From an uncultured beta proteobacterium (GTDB lineage Bacteria > Pseudomonadota > Gammaproteobacteria > Burkholderiales > Burkholderiaceae), in contig CAIQHU010000127.1 of NCBI GenBank assembly GCA_903871735.1, positions 1 through 32,000 on the forward strand: 32,000 nt of DNA, written 5' to 3'. The translations under genes and the position numbers were made by a program. The notes under the pieces are model-generated. The model worked only from the letters and a program-made list of their open reading frames with translations, was not told the origin of the DNA and made no database searches. The first letter of the stretch is position 1; the number at the start of each line of letters is the position of its first letter. Shown in pieces: positions 6,513 through 17,630 of the stretch.

Positions 6513-6764
6513 TTAGCGAACTTCTTTAGAAGCCACATCTACAGTCTTTGGATCATTAGTAGTAGCCTGCTGTTGAGCCACCTGCTGCACAGCGGCTTGA
6601 TCAGCGGCTTCAGCAGCTTTGGCATCCTCTGGCTTGATGCCGTCTTTAAAACCCTTCACAGCTGCACCCATATCTGAACCAATGTTTCGTAATTTTTTGG
6701 TTCCAAAAATTAACAAAACCACAACTAATACGATTACCCAATGAATTGGACTCATGCCACCCAT
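6513..6764 (-). CDS. tatA: Twin-arginine translocase subunit TatA
   Basis: 83 aa, with [41 protein letters not shown] Shine-Dalgarno lies upstream of the ATG at 6764. Confidence 0.9.
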   Translation of the reverse strand: MGGMSPIHWVIVLVVVLLIFGTKKLRNIGSDMGAAVKGFKDGIKPEDAKAAEAADQAAVQQVAQQQATTNDPKTVDVASKEVR

Positions 6765-6797
6765 AACAACTCCTTCAATTTTCTCAGTTTAAGTTTA

Positions 6798-7172
6798 TTA
6801 ACCCGGGGCTGGTACAACACTTTTCCAAGGCCTAGGTCCCGCTAAAACATGCATATGCATATGGTAAACCTCTTGACCGCCATCTGCACCGTTATTTATC
6901 AAAACCTTAAATCCACCCGCTTTTCCCGATCTCGCACCAGCTTGTAATGCAATTTTAGGTGCTAAAACCATCATTTTACCCAGTAATTTGGTATCTTCAA
7001 AAGTAACCTCAGCCAACATCGCAATATGTTTTTTGGGAATCATCAAAAAATGAATCGGCGCAGCTGGGTGAATGTCATTAAAAGCCAAGCAATCATCGTC
7101 TTCATACAATTTTTTTGAAGGAATTGTACCCGCAATAATTTTGCAAAATAGACAATCTGGGTCGTGATTCAT
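6798..7172 (-). CDS. HIT-family (histidine triad) nucleotide hydrolase
   Basis: Histidine triad motif HMHMHVL near the C-terminus and CLFCKI at the N-terminus; 124 aa. Confidence 0.9.
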   Translation of the reverse strand: MNHDPDCLFCKIIAGTIPSKKLYEDDDCLAFNDIHPAAPIHFLMIPKKHIAMLAEVTFEDTKLLGKMMVLAPKIALQAGARSGKAGGFKVLINNGADGGQEVYHMHMHVLAGPRPWKSVVPAPG

Positions 7173-7213
7173 ACTCTTATCTCCTGCAACAGAACGGTTA
7201 TTTGTTCGAAAAC

Positions 7214-7603
7214 TTATTTAAATTGGGTACGGCTCGCTTTTTCTACCTCTCCACTGACCCCCTCACGACGCTTTAACTCTTGCAAGACATCTTCTGGCCC
7301 CAAATCAAATTGCGCTAGCAAAATAAGCGTATGAAACCACAAATCTGCAAGCTCCCCTACTAATAAAGCCTGCTTACTAGGATCGAACTGTTGATCTAAT
7401 AGCGCATAGCGGCAGTCTTTAGCTGCCATTACCACTTCTACAGCCTCCTCGCCAATCTTTTTTAAGATCGCGTCATCACCCTTGGCAAAAAGCTTAGCAA
7501 CGTAGGAAACTTGTGGTGACTCACCCTTTTCTTGCACCTGCTTTCGATCAGCAATCGTTTGGGCAAGATCCTCTAATATTTGATGGACTGGGCGCGTACT
7601 CAT
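7214..7603 (-). CDS. hisE: Phosphoribosyl-ATP pyrophosphatase
   Basis: [30 protein letters not shown] is a typical HisE motif. There is a 4-nt overlap with hisI. Confidence 0.9.
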   Translation of the reverse strand: MSTRPVHQILEDLAQTIADRKQVQEKGESPQVSYVAKLFAKGDDAILKKIGEEAVEVVMAAKDCRYALLDQQFDPSKQALLVGELADLWFHTLILLAQFDLGPEDVLQELKRREGVSGEVEKASRTQFK

Positions 7604-7977
7604 TTCCTAACCCCGCTTAGCTCTTTCCAACCGAAAGGCAATGAAGTACTTTCAAGCTCCTGAAAGAAGCAGGAGTGCGCCCCAGTATGACAGGCGATTG
7701 CACCAACCTGCTCTACAACCAATAGCAAAGTATCCCCATCACAGTCCAAATATACTCCTTGAACATTCTGAAAATGCCCTGATTCTTCACCTTTATGCCA
7801 ACGCTTTTTTCGTGAGCGTGACCAGTAAATTGCCTGTCCTAATTCGATCGTCTCTAAAAGCGTATCCGAATTCATCCAAGCCATCATCAGCACATCTTTA
7901 CTTCCCTGCTCTTGAACAATTACCGGAATTAAGCCATCTGTATTCCACTGTATCTGCGCTAGCCAATTTTTTTCCAT
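7600..7977 (-). CDS. hisI: Phosphoribosyl-AMP cyclohydrolase
   Basis: Conserved [17 protein letters not shown] and DCDGDTLLL...CHTG motifs. Confidence 0.9.
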   Translation of the reverse strand: MEKNWLAQIQWNTDGLIPVIVQEQGSKDVLMMAWMNSDTLLETIELGQAIYWSRSRKKRWHKGEESGHFQNVQGVYLDCDGDTLLLVVEQVGAIACHTGAHSCFFQELESTSLPFGWKELSGVRK

Positions 7978-8010
7978 AGTGTCATTCTATTCTAGAGAGA
8001 GCTTACCTAG

Positions 8011-8766
8011 TTAGCGTATTTCAATGCCCTGTTGAACCAAATATGCTTTAGCCTGCGCTATCGTAAATTCACCATAATGAAAAATACTCGCTGCTAAAAC
8101 AGCGTCTGCGTGTCCCTGTAAAATTCCTTGCGCAAGATGCTCTAGCGTTCCTACGCCACCCGAAGCTATTACCGGAACTGAAACACCATCACTGATCATT
8201 CGGACCAGCTCAATATCAAAGCCATTTTTTGTGCCATCTCGGTCCATGCTCGTGAGTAAGATCTCACCAGCTCCACGCTCTACGACTTCTTTAGCCCACT
8301 CCAGAACGTTTTTTCCAGTATTTTTTCGACCGCCGTGCGTAAATACATCCCAATGACCCAGACTAGTCTGTTTCGCATCAATTGCCACCACAATACATTG
8401 AGAGCCATATTTAGCCGATGCCTCAGAAACTAAATCAGGTCGCATGACGGCCGCCGAGTTGATACTAACCTTGTCAGCCCCAGCATTTAGTAAGCGCCGC
8501 ACATCTGCCACCTCGCGTACCCCACCACCCACCGTTAAGGGGATGAATACTTGAGCGGCCACTTGCTCAATCATATTTAAAATCAGATCACGATCATCAG
8601 AGCTTGCCGTAATGTCCAAAAAAGTTAACTCATCAGCGCCTTGCTCATCATAACGCCGAGCAATCTCAACCGGGTCGCCTGCGTCTCGCAGTTCGACAAA
8701 ATTAACTCCTTTTACAACCCGACCAGCAGTAACATCTAAGCAAGGAATAATACGTTTAGCCAGCAT
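8011..8766 (-). CDS. hisF: Imidazole glycerol phosphate synthase cyclase subunit
   Basis: N-terminus [12 protein letters not shown]...GRVVKG and the overall TIM-barrel HisF pattern; position in the his operon. Confidence 0.95.
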   Translation of the reverse strand: MLAKRIIPCLDVTAGRVVKGVNFVELRDAGDPVEIARRYDEQGADELTFLDITASSDDRDLILNMIEQVAAQVFIPLTVGGGVREVADVRRLLNAGADKVSINSAAVMRPDLVSEASAKYGSQCIVVAIDAKQTSLGHWDVFTHGGRKNTGKNVLEWAKEVVERGAGEILLTSMDRDGTKNGFDIELVRMISDGVSVPVIASGGVGTLEHLAQGILQGHADAVLAASIFHYGEFTIAQAKAYLVQQGIEIR

Positions 8767-8772
8767 TCGGGA

Positions 8773-9522
8773 TTATGCATCTGGCGGATTTTTTGCATCC
8801 GCATATTTTTGGGCTTCTATTAAATTAATATTCCCGTTATAAATTGCTCGACCGGCTATCACACCGATCACACCCTCAGACTCGATCTCACACAAGGCAT
8901 CAATATCTTTTAAATTCGTAAGTCCGCCACTAGCAATCACCGGTATAGAGACCGCTTGGGCCAACTTTAAGGTTGCCTCAATATTAATGCCCTGAAGCAT
9001 TCCATCCCGCCCGATATCGGTATAAATAATTGCTTCAACTCCATAATCTTCATATTTTTTTGCTAAATCAATCACTTCATGTCCAGTTAACTTACTCCAA
9101 CCATCGGTTGCTACTTTGCCATCTTTGGCATCGAGCCCGACCATAATATGTCCTGCAAAGGCTAGGCAGGCTTCTTGTAAAAAACCGGGGTTTTTAACGG
9201 CCGCCGTGCCAATAATGATGGTATCCAGCCCATCATCTAACAAGCGTTCAATAGTCTCTAAGTCGCGCACGCCTCCACCTAATTGAACAGGTATTTCATC
9301 ACCAATTTCTTTGAGTATGGCTTTGATCGCCTGCTCATTTTTAGGCCGTCCAGCAATTGCACCGTTCAGATCGACTAGGTGGAGTCTTCTTGCCCCCTGA
9401 CTAATCCAATGTCTTGCCATAGCCGCGGGATTTTCAGAGAAAATCGTCGCCTTTTTCATATCACCCTGTTCTAGTCGAACACAATGTCCATCTTTTAAAT
9501 CAATCGCAGGTATTAAAAGCAT
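8773..9522 (-). CDS. hisA: ProFAR isomerase
   Basis: N-terminus [17 protein letters not shown] plus the GGGVR and GRAIY motifs. Confidence 0.95.
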   Translation of the reverse strand: MLLIPAIDLKDGHCVRLEQGDMKKATIFSENPAAMARHWISQGARRLHLVDLNGAIAGRPKNEQAIKAILKEIGDEIPVQLGGGVRDLETIERLLDDGLDTIIIGTAAVKNPGFLQEACLAFAGHIMVGLDAKDGKVATDGWSKLTGHEVIDLAKKYEDYGVEAIIYTDIGRDGMLQGINIEATLKLAQAVSIPVIASGGLTNLKDIDALCEIESEGVIGVIAGRAIYNGNINLIEAQKYADAKNPPDA

Positions 9523-10182
9523 TTAAGGATTCCACCGGGTAAAGTTGTAATACATACGCAAGCCATACTGTGCGCTTTTTTCTGGATGAAATTGCGTTGC
9601 AAAGATATTATCCTTTGCAATCGCACAAGTAAAGATGCTGCCATAATTCGTTGTTCCAAATTCATGATTTTTATTAGCTGGTACTACATAATAACTGTGT
9701 ACAAAGTAAAAATGACTATCGTTAGGTACGCCATCCCACAATGCGTGTGCTTGTTCTTGGTGTACTTGATTCCACCCCATATGAGGTACTTTCAAATATT
9801 GACCATTTGGCAATTCTTGCTGATGAAGGTTAAACCGGACAACAGATCCTGGAAAAAGACCTAAACAAGGTGTTACCAAATGAGGAGCTTGGGCTTCTGC
9901 ACTATTCTCAAAAAGCATTTGCTCCCCTACACAAACACCGAGTAATGGCTTATTTTTTGCCGCGCGAAGCACGTCTTCGAGAAGTCCAGAACTAGCAAGT
10001 TGCGCCATACAGTCTGGCATTGCGCCCTGTCCTGGTAAAATGATTCGATCAGCAACTCTAATTTGCTCTGGTGTATTCGCAATCACCACACGAGCGTCTG
10101 GCGCAACTTTCAACAAAGCTTGGGCTACGGAGCGAATATTACCCATTCCATAATCGACGATTGCAATGTTCGACAAAGACAA
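9523..10182 (-). CDS. hisH: Imidazole glycerol phosphate synthase glutaminase subunit
   Basis: [14 protein letters not shown], the PGQGA and GVCVGEQ (catalytic Cys) motifs, and FHPEKS. Confidence 0.95.
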   Translation of the reverse strand: MSLSNIAIVDYGMGNIRSVAQALLKVAPDARVVIANTPEQIRVADRIILPGQGAMPDCMAQLASSGLLEDVLRAAKNKPLLGVCVGEQMLFENSAEAQAPHLVTPCLGLFPGSVVRFNLHQQELPNGQYLKVPHMGWNQVHQEQAHALWDGVPNDSHFYFVHSYYVVPANKNHEFGTTNYGSIFTCAIAKDNIFATQFHPEKSAQYGLRMYYNFTRWNP

Positions 10183-10200
10183 TTCCTATGGCATTTTGAG

Positions 10201-10788
10201 TTAAAGGCTTCCTTTAGTGGAAGGAACTATACCTAGAGCTCTTGGATCTATGGCCACAGCCATTCGTAAAGCCCGACCAAATGCCTTAAAAACAGTCTCC
10301 ATTTGGTGATGCGCATTTACGCCACGTAAATTATCAATGTGTAGTGTCACGCCAGCATGATTGGCAAAACCTCGAAAAAATTCAATACTCAAATCCACAT
10401 CAAATGTTCCAATACGAGCGCGTGTAAAAGGTACATGAAACTCAAGTTCTGGCCTACCAGACAAATCGATCACTACCCTAGACAAAGTTTCGTCTAGGGG
10501 CACATAGGAATGCCCATATCTGCTCAGTCCAGCCTTGTCGCCAACGGCTTTAGCCAGTGCTTGGCCTAAGGTAATCCCAATATCCTCAACAGTATGGTGA
10601 TCGTCAATATGCGTATCCCCCTTCGCTTCAATAGTTAAGTCAAACATGCCGTGCCTAGCAATTTGGTCTAACATATGGTCTAGGAATGGTACGCCTGAAT
10701 TCAGTTTGGCAAGACCGGAGCCATCCAAGTTCAGCGTAATGGTAACTTGGGTTTCGGATGTGTTTCGTGTAACTTCAACTTGTCTCAT
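10201..10788 (-). CDS. hisB: Imidazoleglycerol-phosphate dehydratase (monofunctional)
   Basis: Motifs [24 protein letters not shown] and [17 protein letters not shown]. Confidence 0.95.
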   Translation of the reverse strand: MRQVEVTRNTSETQVTITLNLDGSGLAKLNSGVPFLDHMLDQIARHGMFDLTIEAKGDTHIDDHHTVEDIGITLGQALAKAVGDKAGLSRYGHSYVPLDETLSRVVIDLSGRPELEFHVPFTRARIGTFDVDLSIEFFRGFANHAGVTLHIDNLRGVNAHHQMETVFKAFGRALRMAVAIDPRALGIVPSTKGSL

Positions 10789-10840
10789 ACCGTCATAATA
10801 TCATTCGTTATCTAATTCTTATACTGAAGGATGTCTTATT

Positions 10841-11914
10841 ATGTCTCTTTTTTGGAGCAAAACAGTTCAAACATTAACCCCTTATACGCCGGGTGAACAA
10901 ATACAATTAGATCATTTAATTAAATTGAATACGAATGAAAGTCCCTATGGACCTTCCCCAAAAGCGCTCGCAGCAATTGCCAATGCCACAAATAATAGTC
11001 TAAGACTATACCCTCCCCCAAATTCGAACGAACTCAAAAACGGTATCGCAAAAGCATATGGGCTAGAGCATTCCCAAGTTTTTGTCGGGAACGGTTCTGA
11101 CGAAGTGCTGGCTCATATATTTTTGGGTCTATTGAAACATTCTGCGCCCATTCTTTTTCCAGATATTACCTACTCGTTTTATCCCGTTTACTGCAACTTG
11201 TACGAAATTCCCTATCAATTGATCCCTTTAGATCACGAATTTAATATTCAAATTGATGATTATTTAGCCCGCCCCCAAAATGCAGGGATTATTTTCCCCA
11301 ATCCGAATGCGCCAACAGGAAAAGCTATACCCGTGCGCGAGATCAAACGGCTTCTCCAAAAAAATACTCACAGCGTTGTAGTCATCGATGAGGCTTATGT
11401 CGATTTTGGAGCAGAGTCTAGCGTCCATCTGCTTGAGGAGTTTAATCAATTAATCGTAACCCATAGCCTATCAAAATCTCGCGCTCTGGCAGGTCTGAGG
11501 GTTGGATATGCTTTAGCAAGCCCGCATTTAATTGAAGGCCTAGAGCGCGTTAAAAATAGTTTTAATTCTTATCCATTAGGTAGGCTGGCACAAGCAGGTG
11601 GGCTAGCAGCAATCGAAGATCAGGATTATTTTCGTTCATCTTGCGAAAAAATCCAAAACACCCGAGCTATTTTTATGCAGGAACTCAGTAAATTAGGATT
11701 CGATACGCTCGATTCACAAGCTAATTTTGTCTTTACTAAACATTCAAAAATAGCAGCGCATAATCTTTATACCCAATTACGCGCCGAAAATATTTTGGTT
11801 AGACATTTTGCGATTCCAAGGATAGAGAACTTCCTTCGCATTACTATCGGCACGGATGAGCAATGCGCACAATGTATTACTATCCTCAAAAAGATACTGT
11901 CTTCTGCTATTTAG
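10841..11914 (+). CDS. hisC: Histidinol-phosphate aminotransferase, encoded on the strand opposite the rest of the his operon
   Basis: LNTNESPYGPSP, GNGSDE, NPNAPTG, DEAYVDF, SLSKSRALAGLRVGY (PLP-lysine region) and RITIG. It is the only convincing plus-strand CDS between 3.6 and 31.6 kb. Confidence 0.9.
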   Translation: MSLFWSKTVQTLTPYTPGEQIQLDHLIKLNTNESPYGPSPKALAAIANATNNSLRLYPPPNSNELKNGIAKAYGLEHSQVFVGNGSDEVLAHIFLGLLKHSAPILFPDITYSFYPVYCNLYEIPYQLIPLDHEFNIQIDDYLARPQNAGIIFPNPNAPTGKAIPVREIKRLLQKNTHSVVVIDEAYVDFGAESSVHLLEEFNQLIVTHSLSKSRALAGLRVGYALASPHLIEGLERVKNSFNSYPLGRLAQAGGLAAIEDQDYFRSSCEKIQNTRAIFMQELSKLGFDTLDSQANFVFTKHSKIAAHNLYTQLRAENILVRHFAIPRIENFLRITIGTDEQCAQCITILKKILSSAI

Positions 11915-11985
11915 TGCGTGAAGTCGAGTTTTAAAGATTACCTATTGATCTTTAAGATGGCTGATTGTTTTAGATAATTTCATAT

Positions 11986-12017
11986 AGCTTGCTCGTGTTC
12001 ATCAACTCGAGCAAGCT
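11986..12017. terminator. 10-bp perfect hairpin in the convergent hisC/hisD gap; possible bidirectional terminator without a clear U-tract
   Basis: AGCTTGCTCG (11986-11995) pairs with CGAGCAAGCT (12008-12017) around a 12-nt loop. It lies between the hisC stop (11914) and the hisD stop (12121). Confidence 0.4.
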
Positions 12018-12120
12018 CGATACATGCTTTGAAACGAATGCATCACCAAGCTGAATCTGAACTAAGAGGGGAGTCACCAAAAAAGACCTCACTCAGTCCT
12101 CAAAATTATTGCTTTAGACG

Positions 12121-13425
12121 CTACTTTAGGCGCATTTGTGCTGCCATAGCGTGCGCTTGCAAGCCCTCACCATTTGCCAAAACACTAGCAATTTGTCCAA
12201 GCGATTGGGCACCTTCCTCGCTCACCTCAATGAGACTGCTACGCTTGATAAAGTCATACACTCCGAGTGGAGATGAGAAGCGCGCCGTTCTTGAGGTTGG
12301 TAATACATGGTTCGGCCCAGCACAATAGTCACCGAGTGACTCACTTGTAAATTTTCCTAAAAATATCGCACCAGCATGTCGAATATGATTTAGCCATTGA
12401 CGCGGGTTCTCCGCCGAAATCTCTAAATGCTCTGGCGCAATTTGATTAGAAATGTGACAAGCTTGCTCCATACTATCTACTAGTATCATTGCGCCACGAT
12501 TCTTGAGAGAAGTCCTAATGATATCTTTTCTAGGCATCTTTTCAATTAATCGATCAATACTTTGTACTACCTCATCTAAATATTCGGCATTCGGGCACAG
12601 CAATATCGACTGGGCAAGCTCATCATGCTCAGCCTGCGAAAACAAATCCATAGCGACCCAGTCTGGTGGGGTTTTACCATCACAAATAACTAAGATTTCT
12701 GACGGACCAGCAATCATATCAATACCCACCGTACCAAAGACCCGACGCTTAGCGCAAGCCACAAAAGCATTACCAGGACCCACGATTTTATCTACTGCCG
12801 GAATACTTTTTGTGCCATAAGCTAAAGCTCCTATCGCTTGAGCACCGCCAATCGTAAATACCCGATCCACCCCAGCAATGGCAGCAGCAGCCAAAACTAG
12901 CGGATTATGCAGACCATCCGGGGTTGGCACAACCATGACTAATTCACCAACACCAGCTACTTTAGCCGGTATGGCATTCATCAATACCGAAGAAGGGTAT
13001 GCGGCCTTTCCTCCAGGAACATAAATTCCGACTCGGTCTAGGGGACCAATCTGTTGGCCCAATACCGTGCCATCTGGCTCAGTATATTCCCAACTTTTAC
13101 AACCAGACTCTCTCATCTGACGTTCATGGTAAGAGCGAACTCGCATAGCGGCATTTTCTAGGGCTTCAAGTTGCTCTAAGGGTAATTGCTTGCGCGCTTC
13201 ATTGAGTTGATCAGCCGTAATTTGTAAATCGGCAATGGTTCTCGCTGTTAACCGGTCAAACTGATTAGTATGCCGAATCACCGCGTCATCACCCTCAATC
13301 CGGACTTCTTTGAGGATGCTAATAACAGTTTTCTCGATCGCTGTTTGATCATCCTCGGAAAAACTCAATAAGTCATTTAGCTCCTGATCAAAACTCTCTG
13401 AATGAGTACTAAGACGGCGCATCAT
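12121..13425 (-). CDS. hisD: Histidinol dehydrogenase
   Basis: 434 aa with typical HisD motifs ([33 protein letters not shown]). Confidence 0.95.
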   Translation of the reverse strand: MMRRLSTHSESFDQELNDLLSFSEDDQTAIEKTVISILKEVRIEGDDAVIRHTNQFDRLTARTIADLQITADQLNEARKQLPLEQLEALENAAMRVRSYHERQMRESGCKSWEYTEPDGTVLGQQIGPLDRVGIYVPGGKAAYPSSVLMNAIPAKVAGVGELVMVVPTPDGLHNPLVLAAAAIAGVDRVFTIGGAQAIGALAYGTKSIPAVDKIVGPGNAFVACAKRRVFGTVGIDMIAGPSEILVICDGKTPPDWVAMDLFSQAEHDELAQSILLCPNAEYLDEVVQSIDRLIEKMPRKDIIRTSLKNRGAMILVDSMEQACHISNQIAPEHLEISAENPRQWLNHIRHAGAIFLGKFTSESLGDYCAGPNHVLPTSRTARFSSPLGVYDFIKRSSLIEVSEEGAQSLGQIASVLANGEGLQAHAMAAQMRLK

Positions 13426-13428
13426 GAT

Positions 13429-14073
13429 TTAATTCGATAAAGTTGCTGCAGCAGCAAAGGCGTCTAAAAAAAACTGCATCTGCGCCCGGCGCCTTTTATG
13501 TGCAGCTTGGTTCACAATTAAGTGTGCGCTGATAGGCATAATATTTTCAACTTCGACTAGTTGATTTGCCTTTAGCGTATTTCCCGAAGAAACTAAATCA
13601 ACAATTGCATCTGCAAGACCGACTAAAGGGGCTAACTCCATCGAGCCATACAGCTTAATTAAATCAACATGGACACCTTTAGTAGCAAAGTGATCACGCG
13701 CAGTTTTTACATACTTGGAAGCTACTCGCAGACGCGCACCCATTTGAACTGCTGAGTTGTAATCGAAGCCCTCTTTTACAGCGACAGACATTCGGCACTG
13801 TGCAATTCGAAGATCGGTCGGCACATAGAGGCCCTCAAAGCCATTCTCGATGAGGACGTCCTTACCGGCCACGCCAAAATCAGCAGCCCCAAACTGGACA
13901 TAAGTTGGCACGTCCGATGCGCGGACAATAATAATTCGCAACTCTGGATGCGAAGTCGGAATGATTAATTTACGGGAAGTTTCTAAGTCCTCAGAAATAG
14001 TGATGCCAGCTCTCTCAAGCATTGGCAATGTTTCTTCGAAAATTCTTCCTTTTGATAGGGCAAGAGTTAACAT
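13429..14073 (-). CDS. hisG: ATP phosphoribosyltransferase, short form
   Basis: N-terminus [14 protein letters not shown]. At 214 aa it lacks the C-terminal regulatory domain of long HisG, so by established knowledge a HisZ partner encoded elsewhere is expected. Confidence 0.95.
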   Translation of the reverse strand: MLTLALSKGRIFEETLPMLERAGITISEDLETSRKLIIPTSHPELRIIIVRASDVPTYVQFGAADFGVAGKDVLIENGFEGLYVPTDLRIAQCRMSVAVKEGFDYNSAVQMGARLRVASKYVKTARDHFATKGVHVDLIKLYGSMELAPLVGLADAIVDLVSSGNTLKANQLVEVENIMPISAHLIVNQAAHKRRRAQMQFFLDAFAAAATLSN

Positions 14074-14179
14074 CCTATTATTATCCTACAAGAATCTCCA
14101 AGAGGCTTGTGACATGGAACTTCATCTGCCCAGATGTCAATGATCGATCATTAGAAGGACTTAAATTATGCACCTTGCA

Positions 14180-15454
14180 TTACTTCACCCGGGTTATATC
14201 AGCCCCTAAAGCATTTAATTTTCGTTCCATGCGGTCATAGCCTCTATCTAAATGATAAATTCGGTCTACGATCGTCTCGCCATCTGCAACCAAACCAGCA
14301 ATCACAAGGCTTGCCGAAGCGCGTAAATCCGTGGCCATTAAAATGGCCCCTGATAAATGCGCTACCCCTTCAATGACCGCGGTATTACCTTCGATTGCAA
14401 CTTTGGCTCCTAAACGATTCATTTCTTGCACATGCATAAAACGATTCTCAAAGATAGTTTCGGTCACTCTCGAGCTGCCACTCGCGATCGTATTTAATGC
14501 CATAAATTGGGCTTGCATGTCAGTTGGGAAAGCAGGGTACTCCGAGGTTCTAAAGCTGACTGGTTTAGGTCTTTGGGCCATCTTAGCGCGTATGGTATCT
14601 GAGCTAATTTCCATCTCTAAGCCAGCTTCACGCAATTTAGCAATAACCGCTTCTAAGGTCTGCGGGCGACATTTTTTTATCGTAATTTCGCCACCAGTTG
14701 CTGCTACAGCACATAAAAAAGTACCGGTTTCAATGCGATCAGCAATAATTTCATATTCGGCACCGTGTAATGCTTCTACTCCGATAATAGTCAGATGATC
14801 AGTCCCAAGTCCTTGTATGTTTGCACCCATAGCTATTAACAAGTGCGCTAAATCAGTGACTTCTGGCTCCCGCGCGGCATTTTCTAAAACAGTTGTACCC
14901 TCGGCCAAAACTGCAGCCATCAATAAATTCTCTGTGCCGGTCACGGTGATCATGTCCGTTAAGATCCGCGCTCCCCTTAATTTCTTTCTTGGACTTGCCG
15001 CATAGGCTTCTATATAGCCGTGCTCAACCTCCATTTGGGCGCCCATCGCTTGCATACCCTTCATGTGCTGATCAACTGGCCGTGCTCCGATAGCACAGCC
15101 ACCCGGAAGGGAGACGCGAGCTTTTCCAAAACGCGCCAACAAAGGGCCCAAGACTAAAATAGATGCCCGCATGGTTTTCACCATGTCATAAGTTGCTTCG
15201 GGTTTGTCAATTGTCTGTGCTTGGATCTCTAAAACAGATCGGTCAGCTGGATTGGGGAAATGAATTAAAACCCCCATTTGTCCCAGTAGCTTTAACATCG
15301 TGCGAACATCTTGTAAATCGGGTAAGTTTCTTAAAATAATCTTTTCCGACGTGAGCAAAGTGGCACATAAAATTGGTAAAGCGGCATTTTTGGCGCCAGC
15401 TATAGCAACCTCACCAAATAGAGGATGCCCACCTCGAATTACTAACTTGTCCAT
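14180..15454 (-). CDS. murA: UDP-N-acetylglucosamine 1-carboxyvinyltransferase
   Basis: [24 protein letters not shown] and [15 protein letters not shown] (catalytic Cys loop); 424 aa. Confidence 0.95.
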   Translation of the reverse strand: MDKLVIRGGHPLFGEVAIAGAKNAALPILCATLLTSEKIILRNLPDLQDVRTMLKLLGQMGVLIHFPNPADRSVLEIQAQTIDKPEATYDMVKTMRASILVLGPLLARFGKARVSLPGGCAIGARPVDQHMKGMQAMGAQMEVEHGYIEAYAASPRKKLRGARILTDMITVTGTENLLMAAVLAEGTTVLENAAREPEVTDLAHLLIAMGANIQGLGTDHLTIIGVEALHGAEYEIIADRIETGTFLCAVAATGGEITIKKCRPQTLEAVIAKLREAGLEMEISSDTIRAKMAQRPKPVSFRTSEYPAFPTDMQAQFMALNTIASGSSRVTETIFENRFMHVQEMNRLGAKVAIEGNTAVIEGVAHLSGAILMATDLRASASLVIAGLVADGETIVDRIYHLDRGYDRMERKLNALGADITRVK

Positions 15455-15481
15455 ACACTAACTCACAAAATTCAATTAATT

Positions 15482-15736
15482 TTAACTAGCGCTCTGCTTA
15501 GCAAACTCTTCAGGAGTGAGGGTTTTAAAAGACAGCGCATGTATTTCTGCTTTCATTCGCTCACCAAGAGCTGTATAGACTTTTTGATGACGGGCAATCA
15601 ATCGCAAACCAGAAAATTCTGCGCTGACAATCGTTGCAAAAAAATGCTGCCCATCGCCCGCAACCGTTATATGTGCGCAGTTGAGTCCAGACTGGATATA
15701 TTGTTTAATTTCTTCTGGTGTGGGATACATAAGCAT
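15482..15736 (-). CDS. ibaG: BolA-family protein (IbaG/YrbA-like)
   Basis: 84 aa with RHQKVYTAL....IHALSFKTLTPEE. It holds the conserved position between murA and the mla/ABC cluster. Confidence 0.8.
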   Translation of the reverse strand: MLMYPTPEEIKQYIQSGLNCAHITVAGDGQHFFATIVSAEFSGLRLIARHQKVYTALGERMKAEIHALSFKTLTPEEFAKQSAS

Positions 15737-15755
15737 TTTTCCAATTCATTCAATT

Positions 15756-16562
15756 TTAGTGCCTTAACTTGTAACCAACCTTTAATAGTCTTAAACTAAT
15801 TAGGCTAATTACAAATAAACACAAACCCAAAATCCCTAAGCTATGCCATGGGGAAACGTCGGACTGACCAAAAAATCCATAACGAAAACCATCAATCATG
15901 AAAAAAAATGGATTGAAATGCGACACAATCTGCCAAAAAGGAGGCAAGGTATGTATCGAATAAAAAACCCCTGACAACATCGTAGCCGGCATGATGACAA
16001 AGTTTTGTGACGCGGCTAACTGATCAAATTTATCCGCCCAAATTCCCGCAAGTAATCCCATAGCACCTAATAAAGCCGAACCAAGCAATGCGAAAATAAT
16101 GATCCACCAAGGTGCTACGTACGATAAATCTACAAACCAAAGAGTCACTAAAAAAACTCCCAAGCCAACTGCTAAACCACGAACCATTGCCGCGCCAACA
16201 TATGCACAAAAAAATTCCAGGTGAGATAGGGGGGCTAGTAAAACAAAGACTAAATTACCCGTAATTTTTGACTGAATCAATGAAGAGGATGTGTTCGCAA
16301 AAGCGTTTTGTAATAGACTCATCATAATGAGTCCTGGAATTAAAAAAGAAGAGTAGTCCTTACCGTAAATCTTCGGGCTATTTTCTAAGACATGTCCAAA
16401 AATTAATAAATATAAAACAGCTGTCAAAACGGGTGCGCCAACTGTTTGAAAAGCTACTTTATAAAAACGTTTTACTTCCTTGTGAAATAAAGCGATAAAA
16501 CCACTTTGAACTACCGCCTCTGGCATCAGCGCTATCGGCCTTAGCTGTTTCATTTCAGACAT
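15756..16562 (-). CDS. ABC-2 type transporter permease
   Basis: 268-aa polytopic membrane protein immediately downstream of, and abutting, an ABC ATPase gene; ABC-2 (YadH-like) pattern. Confidence 0.85.
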   Translation of the reverse strand: MSEMKQLRPIALMPEAVVQSGFIALFHKEVKRFYKVAFQTVGAPVLTAVLYLLIFGHVLENSPKIYGKDYSSFLIPGLIMMSLLQNAFANTSSSLIQSKITGNLVFVLLAPLSHLEFFCAYVGAAMVRGLAVGLGVFLVTLWFVDLSYVAPWWIIIFALLGSALLGAMGLLAGIWADKFDQLAASQNFVIMPATMLSGVFYSIHTLPPFWQIVSHFNPFFFMIDGFRYGFFGQSDVSPWHSLGILGLCLFVISLISLRLLKVGYKLRH

Positions 16563-17324
16563 TTATTGCGCTTCCGCCATAATTTTTACAAAAACGGCCT
16601 CTAAATCAGCCGCGCCATCGTCTCCAAGGACTTTGGGCGCCATACCGGCAGGCCGATGCTTGGCTAATAAATTTTCAGTTGTATCAAGAGCGACTAGTCG
16701 ACCACCCTTGAGCATTGCAATGCGTGCGCAAAGGCTTTCGGCCTCTTCTAAATAATGCGTTGTTAAAACAATCGTATGGCCAGCCTGATTCAAACGACTA
16801 ATAAACTGCCATAGGGACTGACGCAATTCGACATCCACTCCAGCAGTAGGCTCGTCAAGGACAATTACAGGTGGGCGATGAACTAATGCCTGGGCGACTA
16901 AGACCCGCCGTTTCATCCCACCGGATAAAGACCGCATATTAGACTGCGCCTTACTCGTTAAATCTAGATTGGCCATGATCTCATCAATCCAATCATCGTT
17001 GTTTCGTAAACCAAAGTAGCCCGACTGGAAGCGCAAGGTCTCTCGTACAGTAAAAAATGGGTCAAACACCAGTTCTTGAGGGACCACGCCAAGTTGCCGG
17101 CGTGCAATCCGAAAATCTTTCTCAACGTCATGGCCCATGACCTCTATTTTTCCGGAGTCGGGACGACTAAGCCCAGCCATCGTTGATATTAACGTCGTTT
17201 TACCAGCCCCATTAGGGCCTAATAACCCAAAAAATTCTCCTTGCTGAATATCAAATGAGATGCCGTCTAGAGCCTGTACTTTACCGTAACTTTTTCTGAC
17301 GTCTTTAATTGATAAGGCCAACAT
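16563..17324 (-). CDS. ABC transporter ATP-binding protein
   Basis: Walker A GPNGAGKTT, signature LSGGMKRR, Walker B VIVLDEPTAGVD. Confidence 0.9.
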   Translation of the reverse strand: MLALSIKDVRKSYGKVQALDGISFDIQQGEFFGLLGPNGAGKTTLISTMAGLSRPDSGKIEVMGHDVEKDFRIARRQLGVVPQELVFDPFFTVRETLRFQSGYFGLRNNDDWIDEIMANLDLTSKAQSNMRSLSGGMKRRVLVAQALVHRPPVIVLDEPTAGVDVELRQSLWQFISRLNQAGHTIVLTTHYLEEAESLCARIAMLKGGRLVALDTTENLLAKHRPAGMAPKVLGDDGAADLEAVFVKIMAEAQ

Positions 17325-17326
17325 GC

Positions 17327-17596
17327 TTATGATTTATTGAAGGAAATTAGATCACTCATGCCATATACTGAAACCAATACAGCTAACTTCGGTGGAGGAT
17401 TTAGCACGATCATGTTTGGATAAATCCTCAGCCATGCCAAAAGAACCGCTAAAACGGACGAATCAAATTCTTTGAGAGATGTTGCATCAACTTCTTGCCT
17501 ATCTGCCAATTTTGAGAGGCTTTTTAAATAAGCAACGCCTTGATCACGAATCATGGGCGCATTGTCATGATTTAATTTGGCAGGAAAATTCAACAT
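17327..17596 (-). CDS. mlaB: STAS-domain protein (MlaB-like)
   Basis: 89 aa with a STAS-like pattern (DSSVLAVLLAWLR). It lies directly downstream of mlaC, as in betaproteobacterial mla clusters. Confidence 0.7.
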   Translation of the reverse strand: MLNFPAKLNHDNAPMIRDQGVAYLKSLSKLADRQEVDATSLKEFDSSVLAVLLAWLRIYPNMIVLNPPPKLAVLVSVYGMSDLISFNKS

Positions 17597-17630
17597 GCTC
17601 TAATATAACCCACGATTAAAATCATTCGAT

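Noticed and set aside
12029-12328. 99-aa plus-strand ORF spanning the hisC-hisD gap and the hisD 3' end
   Set aside because: Most of it is antisense to hisD. It has an unusual composition and no ribosome-binding site.
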